From an uncultured delta proteobacterium (GTDB taxonomy: Bacteria; Myxococcota_A; Polyangia; Haliangiales; Haliangiaceae), in assembly GCA_963743525.1 (NCBI GenBank), contig CAVUQH010000004.1:448001-512000 (forward strand): a DNA stretch of 64,000 nucleotides. The letters run 5' to 3'. Below the pieces are notes generated by a model. The model did no database searches. It was not told the origin of the DNA and saw only the letters and a program-made list of their open reading frames with translations. Positions 49,436 to 61,126 of the stretch are shown here, one piece after another. Position 1 is the stretch's first letter, and each line of letters opens with the position of its first letter. A program made the translations under genes and the position numbers.

Positions 49436-51043
49436 TCAGTTGCTGGTCGTGCGGCGGAGGATGAGCAGCCCGCGCGGCGTGTCGGCCAGGTAGATCAGGT
49501 CGCCGGAGACCTCGAGGTCGACGGCCCCTTCGAGGAGGGCGCCGGGCGCGGTCTCCGGGTCCCAGCTGTTGTAGTAGGCGATCTGCGTCGGGTTGGTCGG
49601 ATCGGACAGGTCGAGCAGGCGGACTCCGTCCTGGTAGTGAGCGACGTAGGCGATGTCGCCGATGATCCGGTAGTTGTGCACCGACACCTCGCGGCGCAGC
49701 TGGAACTGGCCGATCTTGGTCATGTAGCCCGGCGACGCCGGGTCGTCGTCGAGGATCTCGATGTGCGCGTCGAAGCCCTCGTCGCTGTGCAGCACCACCT
49801 TGCGGCCGCCGAGCTCACCCGGCATGCTGGCGTGGCTGTACGGGTCGGGCCCGACGTAGTGGCCGACCTCGGCCGGGCCACCGGCGGCGTCCAGATCGAC
49901 GACGTACATGCCGCCGACGGTGGCGTTGACGTAGGCGCGGCTGCCCTTGGCGAACACGGCGTGGACGCCGAAGTTGGGATCGGGGGTGTCCCAGGTGGTG
50001 ATCAGCGTCGGGTTGGTCGGATCGCTGACATCGTAGACGGCCATGGTCGGCGCGGCGCCGTCGGCCAGGAACGCGCGCAGCGGCGTGGTCGAGTGGTCGA
50101 CGTACAGGCGGTGGACGCCGGAGCCGTTGGGGATGGTGAAGTGGTTGATCTCGACCGGGTTGGACGGGTCGGTGACGTCCAGGGTGATGGCGCCGAGCAC
50201 CTGCGAGGCGAGCAGCAGGTAGACCTTGCTGTTGGCCTCGATGACCGCCAGGTCGTTGAAGTTGTCCGACTGCGCCGGGTAGCTCGACAGCTCGCTGGGG
50301 TGCGCGGGATCCGATACGTCGACGATGTGCAGCGCATCGCCGCCCCGTGCGACATATGCGACGTTGCCGTGGATGGCCACGTTGGCGGTGAAGTCGTCGG
50401 GCCACGGGTTGCCGGCCGGCCCGTTGAACTCGCTGACCAGCTCCAGCCCGTCGGCCTCCGCCTCGCCCGGCACGCGGCCGAACGGCTTGACCGTGATCGT
50501 CTGCTCGTTGCAGTTGTCGCCGAAGTCGCCGAAGTAGCAGTGCACGCCGCGACCGATCAGGTTGCCGTCGCCGTCGACGCCGCACAGGTCGTAGGCCTGC
50601 ACGTAGGAGAAGCCGTCGAAGTCCAGCTGGCGGCGGAAGAACAGATCGTCGTCGTTCATCATCACCGTCGGCATCGGCACCGGCTCGGCGACCGAGGCGA
50701 CGGTGGCGCTGATGCCGTCCTCGCAGGTCAGCGAGAAGCGCACCGGACCGGCCGAGAACTTGCTCTGCGGATCGGCCTCCATGAACCAGAAGCCGCTGGG
50801 ATCCACGCCGGCCAGCGCGCCCGCGGTGCACGCCGAGTGGTCGAAGTCGGCCGGGCTGCCGTACTTCGCCTGCGGCAGCTCGACCGCGCCCGGATCCACG
50901 CACTGCGCGCCGCCGGCGTCCGGACCGCCACCGCCGCCCGAGCCGCCGTTGTTGCTTTCGCAGGCGGGAACCAGGGAGGCGAGGACGAGACAGATCGATA
51001 CCCTGTACAACACGTGGCAGGTTGTAGCAGCCACCTCGGCCAC
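49436..51043 (-). CDS. LVIVD-repeat beta-propeller lipoprotein
   Basis: VPAC lipobox; repeats AYVA...LHIVDVSDPAHP, VRLLDLSDPTNP; His residues at blade starts. Start uncertain. Confidence 0.85.
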   Translation of the reverse strand: MAEVAATTCHVLYRVSICLVLASLVPACESNNGGSGGGGGPDAGGAQCVDPGAVELPQAKYGSPADFDHSACTAGALAGVDPSGFWFMEADPQSKFSAGPVRFSLTCEDGISATVASVAEPVPMPTVMMNDDDLFFRRQLDFDGFSYVQAYDLCGVDGDGNLIGRGVHCYFGDFGDNCNEQTITVKPFGRVPGEAEADGLELVSEFNGPAGNPWPDDFTANVAIHGNVAYVARGGDALHIVDVSDPAHPSELSSYPAQSDNFNDLAVIEANSKVYLLLASQVLGAITLDVTDPSNPVEINHFTIPNGSGVHRLYVDHSTTPLRAFLADGAAPTMAVYDVSDPTNPTLITTWDTPDPNFGVHAVFAKGSRAYVNATVGGMYVVDLDAAGGPAEVGHYVGPDPYSHASMPGELGGRKVVLHSDEGFDAHIEILDDDPASPGYMTKIGQFQLRREVSVHNYRIIGDIAYVAHYQDGVRLLDLSDPTNPTQIAYYNSWDPETAPGALLEGAVDLEVSGDLIYLADTPRGLLILRRTTSN

Positions 51044-51092
51044 ACCCGCACGACAACTCCTGGCAATTACTGATACGCCCGGGGCGCAGCCG

Positions 51093-53243
51093 TCATCGCA
51101 GCGCGTCGGCCACCAGATCGCTCAGCTCGTCCAGGCTGAACGGCTTGTACAGGCAGCGATTGCCCGACGATCCGAGGAACGAGCGGATTTCGGGGCGGAC
51201 CGTGCCGCCGGTCATGAACACGAGCTTGGCCACCAGCCCGGGATGATCGCGAAGGACGTGCGCGTGCACGTCGGCCCCCGACCCGTCCGGCATCATCAGG
51301 TCGCACAGCACCAGGTCGAAGGCGTCGTCGCGGTCGATGATGGCCATCGCCGCGCGGCCCGAGCCGGCGCTCACCACCTCGTGGCCGTCGGCCGAAAGGG
51401 TCTCGGACAGCGTGCGCAAGAGCGCCTGTTCGTCGTCGACCACCAGGATGCGCGCGCCGCGCGCGGCGAGCTGCGGCGACTGGGCGAGCGCGGGCGCCAG
51501 GGCTGGCTCCGCCGGCGGCAGCTCGACGCGGAACAACGCCCCCTGCCCGGGCGCGGAGATCACCTCGATGGTGCCGCCGCTGTGCGACACGATGTCGTGA
51601 ACCACCGACAATCCCAGACCGCTGCCACCGCGCTCCGCACGGGTGGTGAAGAACGGCTCGAACAGATGCGCGCGCACGTCGGGCGCGATGCCCATCCCGT
51701 TGTCCTCGACCTCGAGACGAACCTTGTGGCCGACGCGGCGCAGGCGGACGACGATGCGATTCTCCTCCTGCCGGCGATCGTCCGGCAGCGCCTCGAAGGC
51801 GTTGATGATCAGGTTGAGGACCACCTGGCCGAGCTTGCCGTGGCCGGCGGCGACCAGCGGCACCGGCTCGAGCTCGGTTTCCAGCTGCGCGCGCGTCTGC
51901 ACCTTGCCCCGCGCCAGGGCGACGCTGGAGGTGACCACCTCGCCAAGGTCGACGGGCGCGGGCGTCTCCGGCTCCGGCCTGGCGAACACTCGCAGGTCGC
52001 GCACGATGTCGCGCACCCGGCGGGCGCCTTCGATGGCGGACTGGACGAAGCGCTTCGACTCGTCGGGCCGACGCTCGGCCAGCTCGAGGTTGCTCATCAC
52101 CAGCGCCAGCGGGTTGTTGATCTCGTGGGCGACGCCGGCGGCCAGGGTGCCCAGCGACGACATCCGGTCGGCCAGCGCCAGTCGACTCTGGAGCTCCTGG
52201 CGCAGGGTTACGTCGCGGACGACGATCAACTCGGCCGGGAAGCCCTCGTAGGTGATCGACTCGCGCGACGACAGCTCCAGCACCACCTCGGTGCCACCGT
52301 CGCGGACGAAGCGCAGCTCGACCGGCGCCGACGCCCCCCGCGCGGATGCCGAAAGGTCCGCCGACATCAGCTCGGACCAGCGCTGGCCGAGCAAGCTCGA
52401 GGTCAGCTCGCGGCCGAGCAGCCGGGCCAGCGCCGGATTGGCGTAGGCGACGGCGTCACCGCGCAAGACGACCACGCCGTCGGGCAGGGCATCCAGAATA
52501 CGCCGGAACTGCGCCTGCGATTCGAGCATCGCCTCGAAGCTGTCGCGCGCCGCCCGCTCCTGCGACACCAGCATGTCGACCACGCGCGGCACGCTGAACA
52601 ACGCGCGGGCCAGCCGACCGAAGCGCTCGACCCCGGCCGGCCGCGGCAAGCAGCGGACCTCGAACACCGCGTGGCGCGCCGAGATCTGGGTCTTCAACGC
52701 CGCCGGGGGATGGCCGATCAGCGTGGGAATCGCCCCGATGGTGCCGACGCAGACGTGGAAGTAGGTTGCGGAACCGGGCAATGACTCCGGCACGGTCAGC
52801 TCGAGGCGAGAGAGCCCGCGGTGGTAGTGAAACGCGTTGTCGAGGATCGGAAACAGCGACGGGCCAATCCACTGCAGCGAGGCGAAGACCAGGTGCTCGG
52901 GACGGATGAAGAAGTCGGCGAACCGACTCACCAGCATGTGCGGGGAGGCCGACAGGATCGCGCCGGCGCGCTCGAAGTCGCCCAGCGGCATCCCCTGCCG
53001 CTCGAGGTTGTCGAGCACCCGAAGGAGCTCGTTCCACGACACCCGAGCCCGCGGGCGGCGCAGCTCCTCGTCGGTGAACGGCAGCCCGGCCAGGGCGGCC
53101 TCGCGCGAGTAGCCCAGCTCGACGGCGGCATCGACCAGCGCCGGGACGGTGCTGGCTCGCACCGCCCGCGTGTCCGCGGTGATGTTTCCGGTGCGCGAGT
53201 CGTGGGAATCGCGCGACGACCGGTTACGACGACGGCCAAACAT
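51093..53243 (-). CDS. Soluble hybrid histidine kinase (N-terminal ligand-binding domain, PAS, HisKA, HATPase, REC)
   Basis: [14 protein letters not shown] (PAS); [32 protein letters not shown]. Confidence 0.92.
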   Translation of the reverse strand: MFGRRRNRSSRDSHDSRTGNITADTRAVRASTVPALVDAAVELGYSREAALAGLPFTDEELRRPRARVSWNELLRVLDNLERQGMPLGDFERAGAILSASPHMLVSRFADFFIRPEHLVFASLQWIGPSLFPILDNAFHYHRGLSRLELTVPESLPGSATYFHVCVGTIGAIPTLIGHPPAALKTQISARHAVFEVRCLPRPAGVERFGRLARALFSVPRVVDMLVSQERAARDSFEAMLESQAQFRRILDALPDGVVVLRGDAVAYANPALARLLGRELTSSLLGQRWSELMSADLSASARGASAPVELRFVRDGGTEVVLELSSRESITYEGFPAELIVVRDVTLRQELQSRLALADRMSSLGTLAAGVAHEINNPLALVMSNLELAERRPDESKRFVQSAIEGARRVRDIVRDLRVFARPEPETPAPVDLGEVVTSSVALARGKVQTRAQLETELEPVPLVAAGHGKLGQVVLNLIINAFEALPDDRRQEENRIVVRLRRVGHKVRLEVEDNGMGIAPDVRAHLFEPFFTTRAERGGSGLGLSVVHDIVSHSGGTIEVISAPGQGALFRVELPPAEPALAPALAQSPQLAARGARILVVDDEQALLRTLSETLSADGHEVVSAGSGRAAMAIIDRDDAFDLVLCDLMMPDGSGADVHAHVLRDHPGLVAKLVFMTGGTVRPEIRSFLGSSGNRCLYKPFSLDELSDLVADALR

Positions 53244-53314
53244 CTACTTCCCACCAGTGTGCCAAACACCGGGCGCGAGCTCGACCCGGGTCGTCTCCTT
53301 TGGCCGATTTTCCC

Positions 53315-54502
53315 TCAGTGGTCGTCGTCACTATCGTCGGGCGGCTGTCCGCGCCCCAGGGCCAGCGCGCCGAAACCGGCGCGGGCCTCGTCTACGCCTT
53401 CGCCGACCAGGCGGTGGGCGCGATCGATCTTGGGCCGCGACGAGTCGCGCGCGAAGGCGCCGATGAGCCCGAACAAGATCGGCAGGAACGCCAGGCGGAT
53501 CAGCGCCAGACCGACGAAGCCGGCGGCGCCGACGATGAACGAGAAGACCCGCGCGACCACGCGCAGCGGCCCCGGCAGCTGCGCGGTCATCTCCTGGATC
53601 TCGCCGACCACCCGGTGGGCGATGCCGGTGTCACCGGATGCCGCCAGCGCCGACGGTGGCCGCCGCGCGGGCAGCGGGCGGGGCACAGACCCCGACCCGC
53701 GCCGCTTTCGCGACCGTTTCCCGGCCGCCAGCAGCTCGCGCACCGCCGACGCCGACTGCGGACGCTCCGACGGATCGGGTGCCGTCATCGCGGTCAGCAC
53801 GGCGCGCAACCGCCGGTCCATGTGCGGCAGGTGCTGGTCGAGATCCATGCGCAGCCCCTTGCGCGGCACCTGTTCCGGCTCGACGCCGCCGGCAAGAGCG
53901 ACGATGGTCGCGCCCAGGGCGTAGATGTCGGTAGCCGGTGACGCCTGGCCGTGCAGCTGCTCCGGGGCCATGTAGCCGAAGGTGCCGACCATCGTCGACC
54001 CGCCGTCCGGTCGCAGGGCGTTGCGCACGCCGCCGAAGTTGACCAGCGACAGCGCGCCGTCGCGATCGCGAACCATGTTGGCCGGCTTGATGTCCCGGTG
54101 GATGACCGGCGGCGAGCGGTCGTGCAGGTAGTCGAGGATGTCGAGGCCACGGGCGAGGATGTCGCGCAGATCGGCCTCACCCAGGCGGTGCTTCGCCGCC
54201 CACGCCTTGAGCGTCGCCCCCGGCGCCCGCTCCATCACCAGATAGTAGGTGCCCTTGTCCCCCTCGAGCGAGGCGATCAGCTTGGGGATACCGGGGTGGT
54301 CGAGGCCGCGCAGGGTGTCGACCTCGCGCTCGTACAGGTCGAACTTCTTCCACCCGTCCTCGGACAGGCGCAGCTCCTTGACCACGACCACCGCGCCGTC
54401 CCGCTGCTGATCGCGGGCGAGGAAGGTGCGCCCCTGCGCGCCCGAGCCCAGGCGCGGGCCCAGCTTCCATCGCCCGCCGATGAGCGGTCCGTCGAACTCC
54501 AC
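53315..54502 (-). CDS. Ser/Thr protein kinase-like protein (DFG reads NFG)
   Basis: [35 protein letters not shown]; hydrophobic segment near the C-terminus. Confidence 0.92.
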   Translation of the reverse strand: MEFDGPLIGGRWKLGPRLGSGAQGRTFLARDQQRDGAVVVVKELRLSEDGWKKFDLYEREVDTLRGLDHPGIPKLIASLEGDKGTYYLVMERAPGATLKAWAAKHRLGEADLRDILARGLDILDYLHDRSPPVIHRDIKPANMVRDRDGALSLVNFGGVRNALRPDGGSTMVGTFGYMAPEQLHGQASPATDIYALGATIVALAGGVEPEQVPRKGLRMDLDQHLPHMDRRLRAVLTAMTAPDPSERPQSASAVRELLAAGKRSRKRRGSGSVPRPLPARRPPSALAASGDTGIAHRVVGEIQEMTAQLPGPLRVVARVFSFIVGAAGFVGLALIRLAFLPILFGLIGAFARDSSRPKIDRAHRLVGEGVDEARAGFGALALGRGQPPDDSDDDH

Positions 54503-54529
54503 GCCGCGAGCATAGCGGCGATCGGCCGA

Positions 54530-55345
54530 TTAGAGGAGCCCGGCCAGGAGATCCCCGAGATCGAGGTCCGCGACTGGCTGGCCATCGACGCGCAGCTCGG
54601 CGCTGGTGCCATCCAGCACCAGCTCGAGGGTGCTGCCGCCCGCGGTCAGGGTGATGGTGCCGCTGGCGGTCAGCGCGAGGAGATCGAGGTCGACTCCGTT
54701 GATGTCGATCGAGCCGACCTGGTTGCCGTTGTCATCGGAGACGGTGCAGCTGCCCGACAGCGACACGACGCCGTCGAGCGCGCCCAGGTTCAGCCCCTGG
54801 CAGTCGATGGCCAGGCCGAGCAGGTCGATCGAGGTGTCCTGGGCAAAGCCGCCGTCGGAGGGGAAGTCGGCGGTGATCGTTCCCACCGTCTGACCATCCG
54901 CGCTGACGATGCCGGCGGTGGTGCCGCTGAACGCGACGCTGGCGACCGCGCCACTCGAGCTCACGGTGACAGCGCCGGTAACGGTAAACGGCGCCCGGGT
55001 CAGCACCAGGGTCTGGAACTGCACCGAGGCGGCGCCGGACGGCACGGTGCCGTCGATGCGCACCTGATCGCGGGTGCGATCCACGGTGACGCCGGTCGGC
55101 GTCGCCGACAGCGCGGCCTGGACGGCACCGTTGAACGCGCTCTGCACCTGGGCGGGCGTCAGCCCGGTCGGCGTCGGATCGGGATTGGGGTTGGGGTTGG
55201 GATTGGGATCCGGATCCGGGGTGCCGGTGGGATCGCCGGGCGTGGGGCTGCCGGTGGGATCGGTTTCGAGCATTCCGGTGCAACCGGTCGTGAGCGCGAG
55301 GATGATGGTGGCGGCGATGGTGAGATGGCGGGCGGCGGTAGACAT
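54530..55345 (-). CDS. Hypothetical lipoprotein with PD/PN linker
   Basis: MSTAARHLTIAATIILALTTGC; beta-rich acidic domain; GGGAG RBS. Confidence 0.8.
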   Translation of the reverse strand: MSTAARHLTIAATIILALTTGCTGMLETDPTGSPTPGDPTGTPDPDPNPNPNPNPDPTPTGLTPAQVQSAFNGAVQAALSATPTGVTVDRTRDQVRIDGTVPSGAASVQFQTLVLTRAPFTVTGAVTVSSSGAVASVAFSGTTAGIVSADGQTVGTITADFPSDGGFAQDTSIDLLGLAIDCQGLNLGALDGVVSLSGSCTVSDDNGNQVGSIDINGVDLDLLALTASGTITLTAGGSTLELVLDGTSAELRVDGQPVADLDLGDLLAGLL

Positions 55346-55377
55346 GTGAGGACTCCCTTCGGGTTGCGCCTCGAAAC

Positions 55378-55393
55378 AGCAACGGCCGTGCCA
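55378..55393 (-). promoter_or_regulatory. Sigma-54 (-24/-12) promoter
   Basis: Minus strand reads TGGCACG-GCCG-TTGCT, an exact consensus match 32 bp upstream of ATG 55345. Confidence 0.85.
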
Positions 55394-55612
55394 CCCGGGG
55401 CCATCGAGCGGAAGTTCGCCGGCGCGCGCGACCCATGCCGAACCGCGGTTGCGGCCACCCGCGCAAGCCCTCGTCAGCGCGATCGCGGGATGAACCGGCG
55501 GCACGAAACTCCGGTTTTGCCGCCCGCTCCGCCGCTCGGGGGGTCGAGGCCCCGCTCCGCCCCCGGACCCCCGCCGGCGGTGATACCCTCACAGCGCGAA
55601 CCAACGTTGCTG

Positions 55613-56821
55613 ATGTCCGAGCCGACCGCCAACCTCACATACGATCCCGAGCGCCCCCTGGGGCTGGTGCTCAGTGGCGGCGGCGCCCGCGGCGCCTTCC
55701 AGGTGGGCGTCTGGGACATCCTTCGCCGCCACCCGCGCGGGCTGGAGCGCGTGCCCACGGTCATCAGCGGCACCTCGGCCGGCTCGATCAACGGCGCCCT
55801 CATCGCCGCCGGCCTCGAGCCGGAGCAGATGATCGAGTTCTGGATCGACCTGGCCCGGCGCCCGCCCGTGGTCGCCAACGACCGCTTCTTCGCCTCGCTC
55901 GAGCGCAACATCGTGCGCCTGCTGGTGCGCGAGCCCCTGCGCGGGTTGCGCCGCCGTCGCCGCGGCGCGCGCCTGCTCACCTCGCTGCTGCGCAAGCATC
56001 GCCTCCACCGGGCCAGCGGCCTGCTGGCGCTGTTCCTCGAGTACGTGCTGACCGCCCGCTACGACACCGTCAGCGCGCTGCTGCAGCGGATCGACACCGC
56101 GTATCTGTTCAACACCGCGCCGTTTCGCCAGCGGCTGATCGACGCCATCGGCGGCGAGGCGATCACCACCCCGCGCGTGCGCCTGGCGATCAACACGGTT
56201 GACGTCTACACGGGCGCAGTGGTCCGCTTCGTCAACTACCCGCCGCACAAGCACGCCGAGGCCGACGCCGCCCACTACCGCTACGCACCACACATCACCG
56301 TCAACATGATCCTGGCCAGCGCGTCGATCCCGCTGCTGTTCGACCCGGTCGAGATCGATGACACCGTGCTGTGGGACGGCGGGCTGCTGGTCAACACCCC
56401 GATCGCGCCGGCCGTCGCCCTGGGCGCCCGCCGGATCATTCCGGTGCTGGTGACCAGCGGCCGGTCCGAGCGCAAACCCGGAGAGCCGATGCACTTCGGC
56501 ACCGGCATCGAGCGGCTGGCCGACGCCTTCCTCGAGAACGCCTACAACGCCGACCGCAAGCTGCTGCTCGAGCGCAACCGACTGGCCGCCCACAGCCCCG
56601 AGCTGGGCCTGGCGGTGGTCGAGCTGCTCGAGGCGATCCGCCCCGAGTCGAGCGAAACCTTCGACGCCGGCTCCTACCTATACTTCTCCCCGGGCGCTCT
56701 GCGCGAGATGTTCGAGGCCGGGCGCAACGCCGCCAGGCACTGGCTCGCCGCCGGCCCGCGACTCGATACGCACCCCGGCCACCAGCCGGCCATGCCCGAC
56801 GCCGGGCGCCGGGTCTCCTGA
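55613..56821 (+). CDS. Patatin-like phospholipase
   Basis: LSGGGARG, GTSAG, ASASIP, WDGG. Confidence 0.92.
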   Translation: MSEPTANLTYDPERPLGLVLSGGGARGAFQVGVWDILRRHPRGLERVPTVISGTSAGSINGALIAAGLEPEQMIEFWIDLARRPPVVANDRFFASLERNIVRLLVREPLRGLRRRRRGARLLTSLLRKHRLHRASGLLALFLEYVLTARYDTVSALLQRIDTAYLFNTAPFRQRLIDAIGGEAITTPRVRLAINTVDVYTGAVVRFVNYPPHKHAEADAAHYRYAPHITVNMILASASIPLLFDPVEIDDTVLWDGGLLVNTPIAPAVALGARRIIPVLVTSGRSERKPGEPMHFGTGIERLADAFLENAYNADRKLLLERNRLAAHSPELGLAVVELLEAIRPESSETFDAGSYLYFSPGALREMFEAGRNAARHWLAAGPRLDTHPGHQPAMPDAGRRVS

Positions 56822-56949
56822 GCGGTTTCGGCCCCTGGAACCGGCAGCGATGCCAGGATTGGTGAGGCGGGCCGGGGCCGCCGCGTGCTACCGTGCGGGC
56901 GCTTTCGAGGGAGGTCTCTGGTATGTCGTCTAGCCTTATTCGGATCGAC

Positions 56950-58848
56950 ATGCGCGGCGTCATTCGTGCGCTCGCGCTCGTGCTCTTCTCCGCCGCAGCA
57001 GCCTGCGGCCCGTCCAGCGGCGCCACGCCAGACGGCGGTGGAGGTGGTGGTGGCGACGGTGGCGGCAGCTGCGTCGAAGGCACCAACCAATGCACGGCGC
57101 AGAACTTCCAGACCTGCCAGAACGGCCAGTGGGTGACCAGCGAGAGCTGCACTCCACCCAGCTTCTGCAACGCGACCAGCGGCTGCATCGAATGCTTCCC
57201 CAACACCAACTACTGCGACGGCAACGACGTCTACATGTGCAACGCCGATGGCACCAAGGGCGGCCTGGTCGAGCAGTGCACCGACGGCAAGCAGTGTGGT
57301 GACGGCGTCTGCCGCGACCTGTGTGCCGACGCTGCGGCCAACAACAGCTACATCGGCTGCGAATACTGGGCGGTCGACCTCGACAACGCGGTCGAAGTGC
57401 TGGCGCCCTACGACGCGATCACCTGTCCGCTGCTGTACGGCGGCACCCAGGTGAAGAACGTCAAGGTGTGCGCCAACGGCGCCGGTACCCTCCAGGGTCT
57501 GTGCGATCCGCGCGACACCTGCACCAGCGGCGGCTACACCTGCCAGACCATGGATATCTGCGGCCTCGACGCCCAGCACTCGCCGTTCGCCGTGGTCGTG
57601 TCCAACCCGCAGACCTTCGATGTCTCCGTCACCATCAGCAACGGCGCCGGCACCACCAGCACCGTCAGCGTGCCCGCCGGCCAGGTGTCGAAGATCTTCC
57701 CGCAGATGTCCGGCTTCGCCGACCAGTTGACCGACGAGACCGAGCAAGCGTCCAAGGCGTACAAGATCGCGTCGACGGCGCCGATCGTCGCCTATCAGTT
57801 CAACCCGCTCGACAACGCCAACGTGTTCTCCAACGACGGCTCGCTGCTGATCCCGCGGACCACGTTCGACAAGAAGTACTACGGACTGACCTGGCCGACG
57901 CTCAACCGGCGCAACGTCGCGGCGGGTGGCACGCCCAAGAACGACTACAACGGCTACGTGGTCGTGGTCGCCTGGCAGGACGACACGCAGATCCGCGTCA
58001 CGCCCAAGGGGAACATCCGCCAGGGCGAGACGATGGACGCCATTCCCGCCGGCACCCCGACCGACTTCACCCTCAACGCCTTCGACGTCCTCGAGCTCGA
58101 AGCCGACAACACCACTGCCGCGCCGGAGCAGGATCTCACCGGCACGCTGATCGAAGGGCTCAACGACAAGAGCTTCGGCGTCTTCGGCGGCCACGAGGCG
58201 ATCGTCATCCAGAACACTGCCACCAGCTGCTGCGCCGACCACATCGAGGAGATGATGTTCCCGGCGTCAACCTGGGGCAAAGACTACGCCGTCGCCCGCA
58301 GCCAGAGCCGCGGCAAGGGCGAGCCCGACGTCCTGCGCGTCCTGGCTCAGGAGGACGGCACCACCATCAGCTTCAACCCCGCGCCGTCGGCCGGCAGCTG
58401 TCCGACGCTCAACGCCGGCGACTTCTGCGAGGTGCGAATCCAGGGCGACACCGAGGTCAGCGGCGACAAGCCGATCCTCGTCGGCCACTACCTGATGTCG
58501 GTCATCGTGGCGGCCGGCGATCTGGGCGACCCGGCGCTGGCGCTGGCGGTGCCCACCGAGCAGTTCCGCGAGAGCTACACCTTCCTGGTGCCCAGCGAGT
58601 ACGCACAGCAATACGTCTCGGTGGTCGCCGGCGCGGGCACCAGCGTCCAGCTCGACAGCGGCGACGTCACCAGCCAGCTGGCCACCTTCGGCAGCGGCGC
58701 GTTCAAGGCGGCTCGGATCTCGGTTCAGCCCGGCCAGCACAAGGTCACCTGCCCGGGCGGCTGCGGCATCGAGGTCTACGGCTACGACGACGCGGTTTCG
58801 TACCTGTTTGCCGGCGGCCTCGACCTGAAGACCATCGTCGTCAACTGA
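56950..58848 (+). CDS. IgGFc-binding-domain lipoprotein with Cys-rich N-terminus
   Basis: AAAC lipobox; SYIGCEYWAVDLDN, AYQFNPL, FSNDGSLLIP, DHIEEMMFP..WG, GDPAL, VSYLFAGG. Confidence 0.85.
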   Translation: MRGVIRALALVLFSAAAACGPSSGATPDGGGGGGGDGGGSCVEGTNQCTAQNFQTCQNGQWVTSESCTPPSFCNATSGCIECFPNTNYCDGNDVYMCNADGTKGGLVEQCTDGKQCGDGVCRDLCADAAANNSYIGCEYWAVDLDNAVEVLAPYDAITCPLLYGGTQVKNVKVCANGAGTLQGLCDPRDTCTSGGYTCQTMDICGLDAQHSPFAVVVSNPQTFDVSVTISNGAGTTSTVSVPAGQVSKIFPQMSGFADQLTDETEQASKAYKIASTAPIVAYQFNPLDNANVFSNDGSLLIPRTTFDKKYYGLTWPTLNRRNVAAGGTPKNDYNGYVVVVAWQDDTQIRVTPKGNIRQGETMDAIPAGTPTDFTLNAFDVLELEADNTTAAPEQDLTGTLIEGLNDKSFGVFGGHEAIVIQNTATSCCADHIEEMMFPASTWGKDYAVARSQSRGKGEPDVLRVLAQEDGTTISFNPAPSAGSCPTLNAGDFCEVRIQGDTEVSGDKPILVGHYLMSVIVAAGDLGDPALALAVPTEQFRESYTFLVPSEYAQQYVSVVAGAGTSVQLDSGDVTSQLATFGSGAFKAARISVQPGQHKVTCPGGCGIEVYGYDDAVSYLFAGGLDLKTIVVN

Positions 58849-58918
58849 CCGGGGGTAACAGAAGTGAGCGGAACCCCCAATTGACCACCCGGCGGGCGGG
58901 CGCTACGGTCCGCTCGCC

Positions 58919-59815
<897 letters not shown>

Positions 59816-59883
59816 GTCGCCCCCCGGCGCAAAGATTGCGTTCGGCCCGGGGGCCAGCGAAAAAGTCGCGCCTATTCCGTCAC

Positions 59884-60552
59884 TCAGCGCCCGCGCGCTG
59901 CCGCCTCCAACAACTCTTCGTCGACGATCTCCAAGCTGGTCCGGGTCGCGTCGATGGCGCCTCGGCTGCGCAGGTCGGCGATGGCTCGCGACAGCGTCTC
60001 CGGGCGCATCCCCAGCACGTCGGCGATGACCTGCCGCGGCAGCGTCAGCGCCATCCCCCGCGGCCCCTCGTCGCGCAGCCACTCGGCCACGCGCTGCACC
60101 GCGGTGCCGTCGCGCTGAGCGCTGCGCCGCCGATCCGCGTGACTGGCGCGGAGAGTCAGCTCCAGCGCCGTGCGCGCCGGGCTACCGGTCGGCCCGACCC
60201 ATTGATCCATCCCCTGGCGCGTGGCGCCGCACAGGGTCACGTCGGTCACCGCCCGCGCCGAGTCGTGGTAGCTGTCGCTGATCAGCACCTCCAGCCCGAC
60301 GAAGCTGCCGACGAAGCGAACCGCGCGCACCCCACCCTCGCCCTCGTCCTCCCCACGCTCGCGCGACAGCACCACCGTCCCGCGCTTGATGAACCAGGCG
60401 TGCTGGGCCGGCTCCCCCTCGACGTAGATCAGCTCGCCGGCTTTGCGCTCGCGGTCGATAAACGGGCAAAAACCGCCGGTTCCGACGCCAGAAGCGCGCC
60501 CTACGGGGCACTCGAGACAACTCAGCGATGGGCCGCGCTTGGGTCCGCTCAC
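59884..60552 (-). CDS. Crp/Fnr-family regulator with N-terminal cysteines
   Basis: CLEC...FCPF, cNMP-type barrel (IYVEGEP..IKRGTV), HTH IADVLGMRPETLSR. Confidence 0.88.
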   Translation of the reverse strand: MSGPKRGPSLSCLECPVGRASGVGTGGFCPFIDRERKAGELIYVEGEPAQHAWFIKRGTVVLSRERGEDEGEGGVRAVRFVGSFVGLEVLISDSYHDSARAVTDVTLCGATRQGMDQWVGPTGSPARTALELTLRASHADRRRSAQRDGTAVQRVAEWLRDEGPRGMALTLPRQVIADVLGMRPETLSRAIADLRSRGAIDATRTSLEIVDEELLEAAARGR

Positions 60553-60593
60553 AGCGAGTTCCCATGCGAATCCCGTGCCGCTATGCTTCGCCC

Positions 60594-61079
60594 GTGCACA
60601 CCGTCGAGATCTCCCACGCCGAGAAGGACGCCCGCTACCGCGAGCTCGCCCCCCAGCTCGCCGCGCTGGTCGAGGGCGAGCCGGATCTCATCGCCAACCT
60701 TGCCAACATCACCGCAGCCCTGGCCGAGGCGATCACCGCCGCGTCGTGGGTCGGCGTCTACATCTCCCGCGGCGGCGAGCTGGTGCTCGGCCCGTTCCAG
60801 GGCAAGGTCGCGTGTACGCGGGTCGCGTTCGGTCGCGGCGTGTGCGGCACGGCGGCCTCCAGCCACACCATCCAGGTGGTGCCGGATGTCACCGCGTTCC
60901 CCGGACACATCGCCTGCGATGCCGGAACGCGCAGCGAGATCGTCGTGCCGATCCTTCGCGGCAACCGCGTGCTCGGCGTGCTCGACGTCAACAGCTACCA
61001 GCCGTCGGCCTTCGACGGCATCGATGCCCGCCACCTGGAAGAAGTGGCGCGGATGATCGCCGATCTCAACTGGCGCTAG
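60594..61079 (+). CDS. msrC: GAF-domain free methionine-(R)-sulfoxide reductase
   Basis: IANLAN, WVGVY, LGPFQGKVAC, GRGVCG, FPGHIACD, SEIVVP. Confidence 0.88.
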   Translation: MHTVEISHAEKDARYRELAPQLAALVEGEPDLIANLANITAALAEAITAASWVGVYISRGGELVLGPFQGKVACTRVAFGRGVCGTAASSHTIQVVPDVTAFPGHIACDAGTRSEIVVPILRGNRVLGVLDVNSYQPSAFDGIDARHLEEVARMIADLNWR

Positions 61080-61126
61080 TTGACCCGCGTCAACTCGCGC
61101 GCTGGCCGTTCGGTCACGATGCATGC

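Noticed and set aside
55170..55230. GGGATT/GGGGTT telomere-like run
   Set aside because: Explained by the PDPDPNPNPN linker codons of the minus-strand lipoprotein.
53951..55612. N-terminal 554 aa of the 956-aa ORF as a patatin fusion
   Set aside because: Overlaps two real minus-strand genes; patatin motifs begin only after ATG 55613.
56819..56845. TGAGCGGTTTCG after the patatin stop as an ECF motif
   Set aside because: One base shorter, lacks the downstream box, and overlaps a stop codon and small hairpin.
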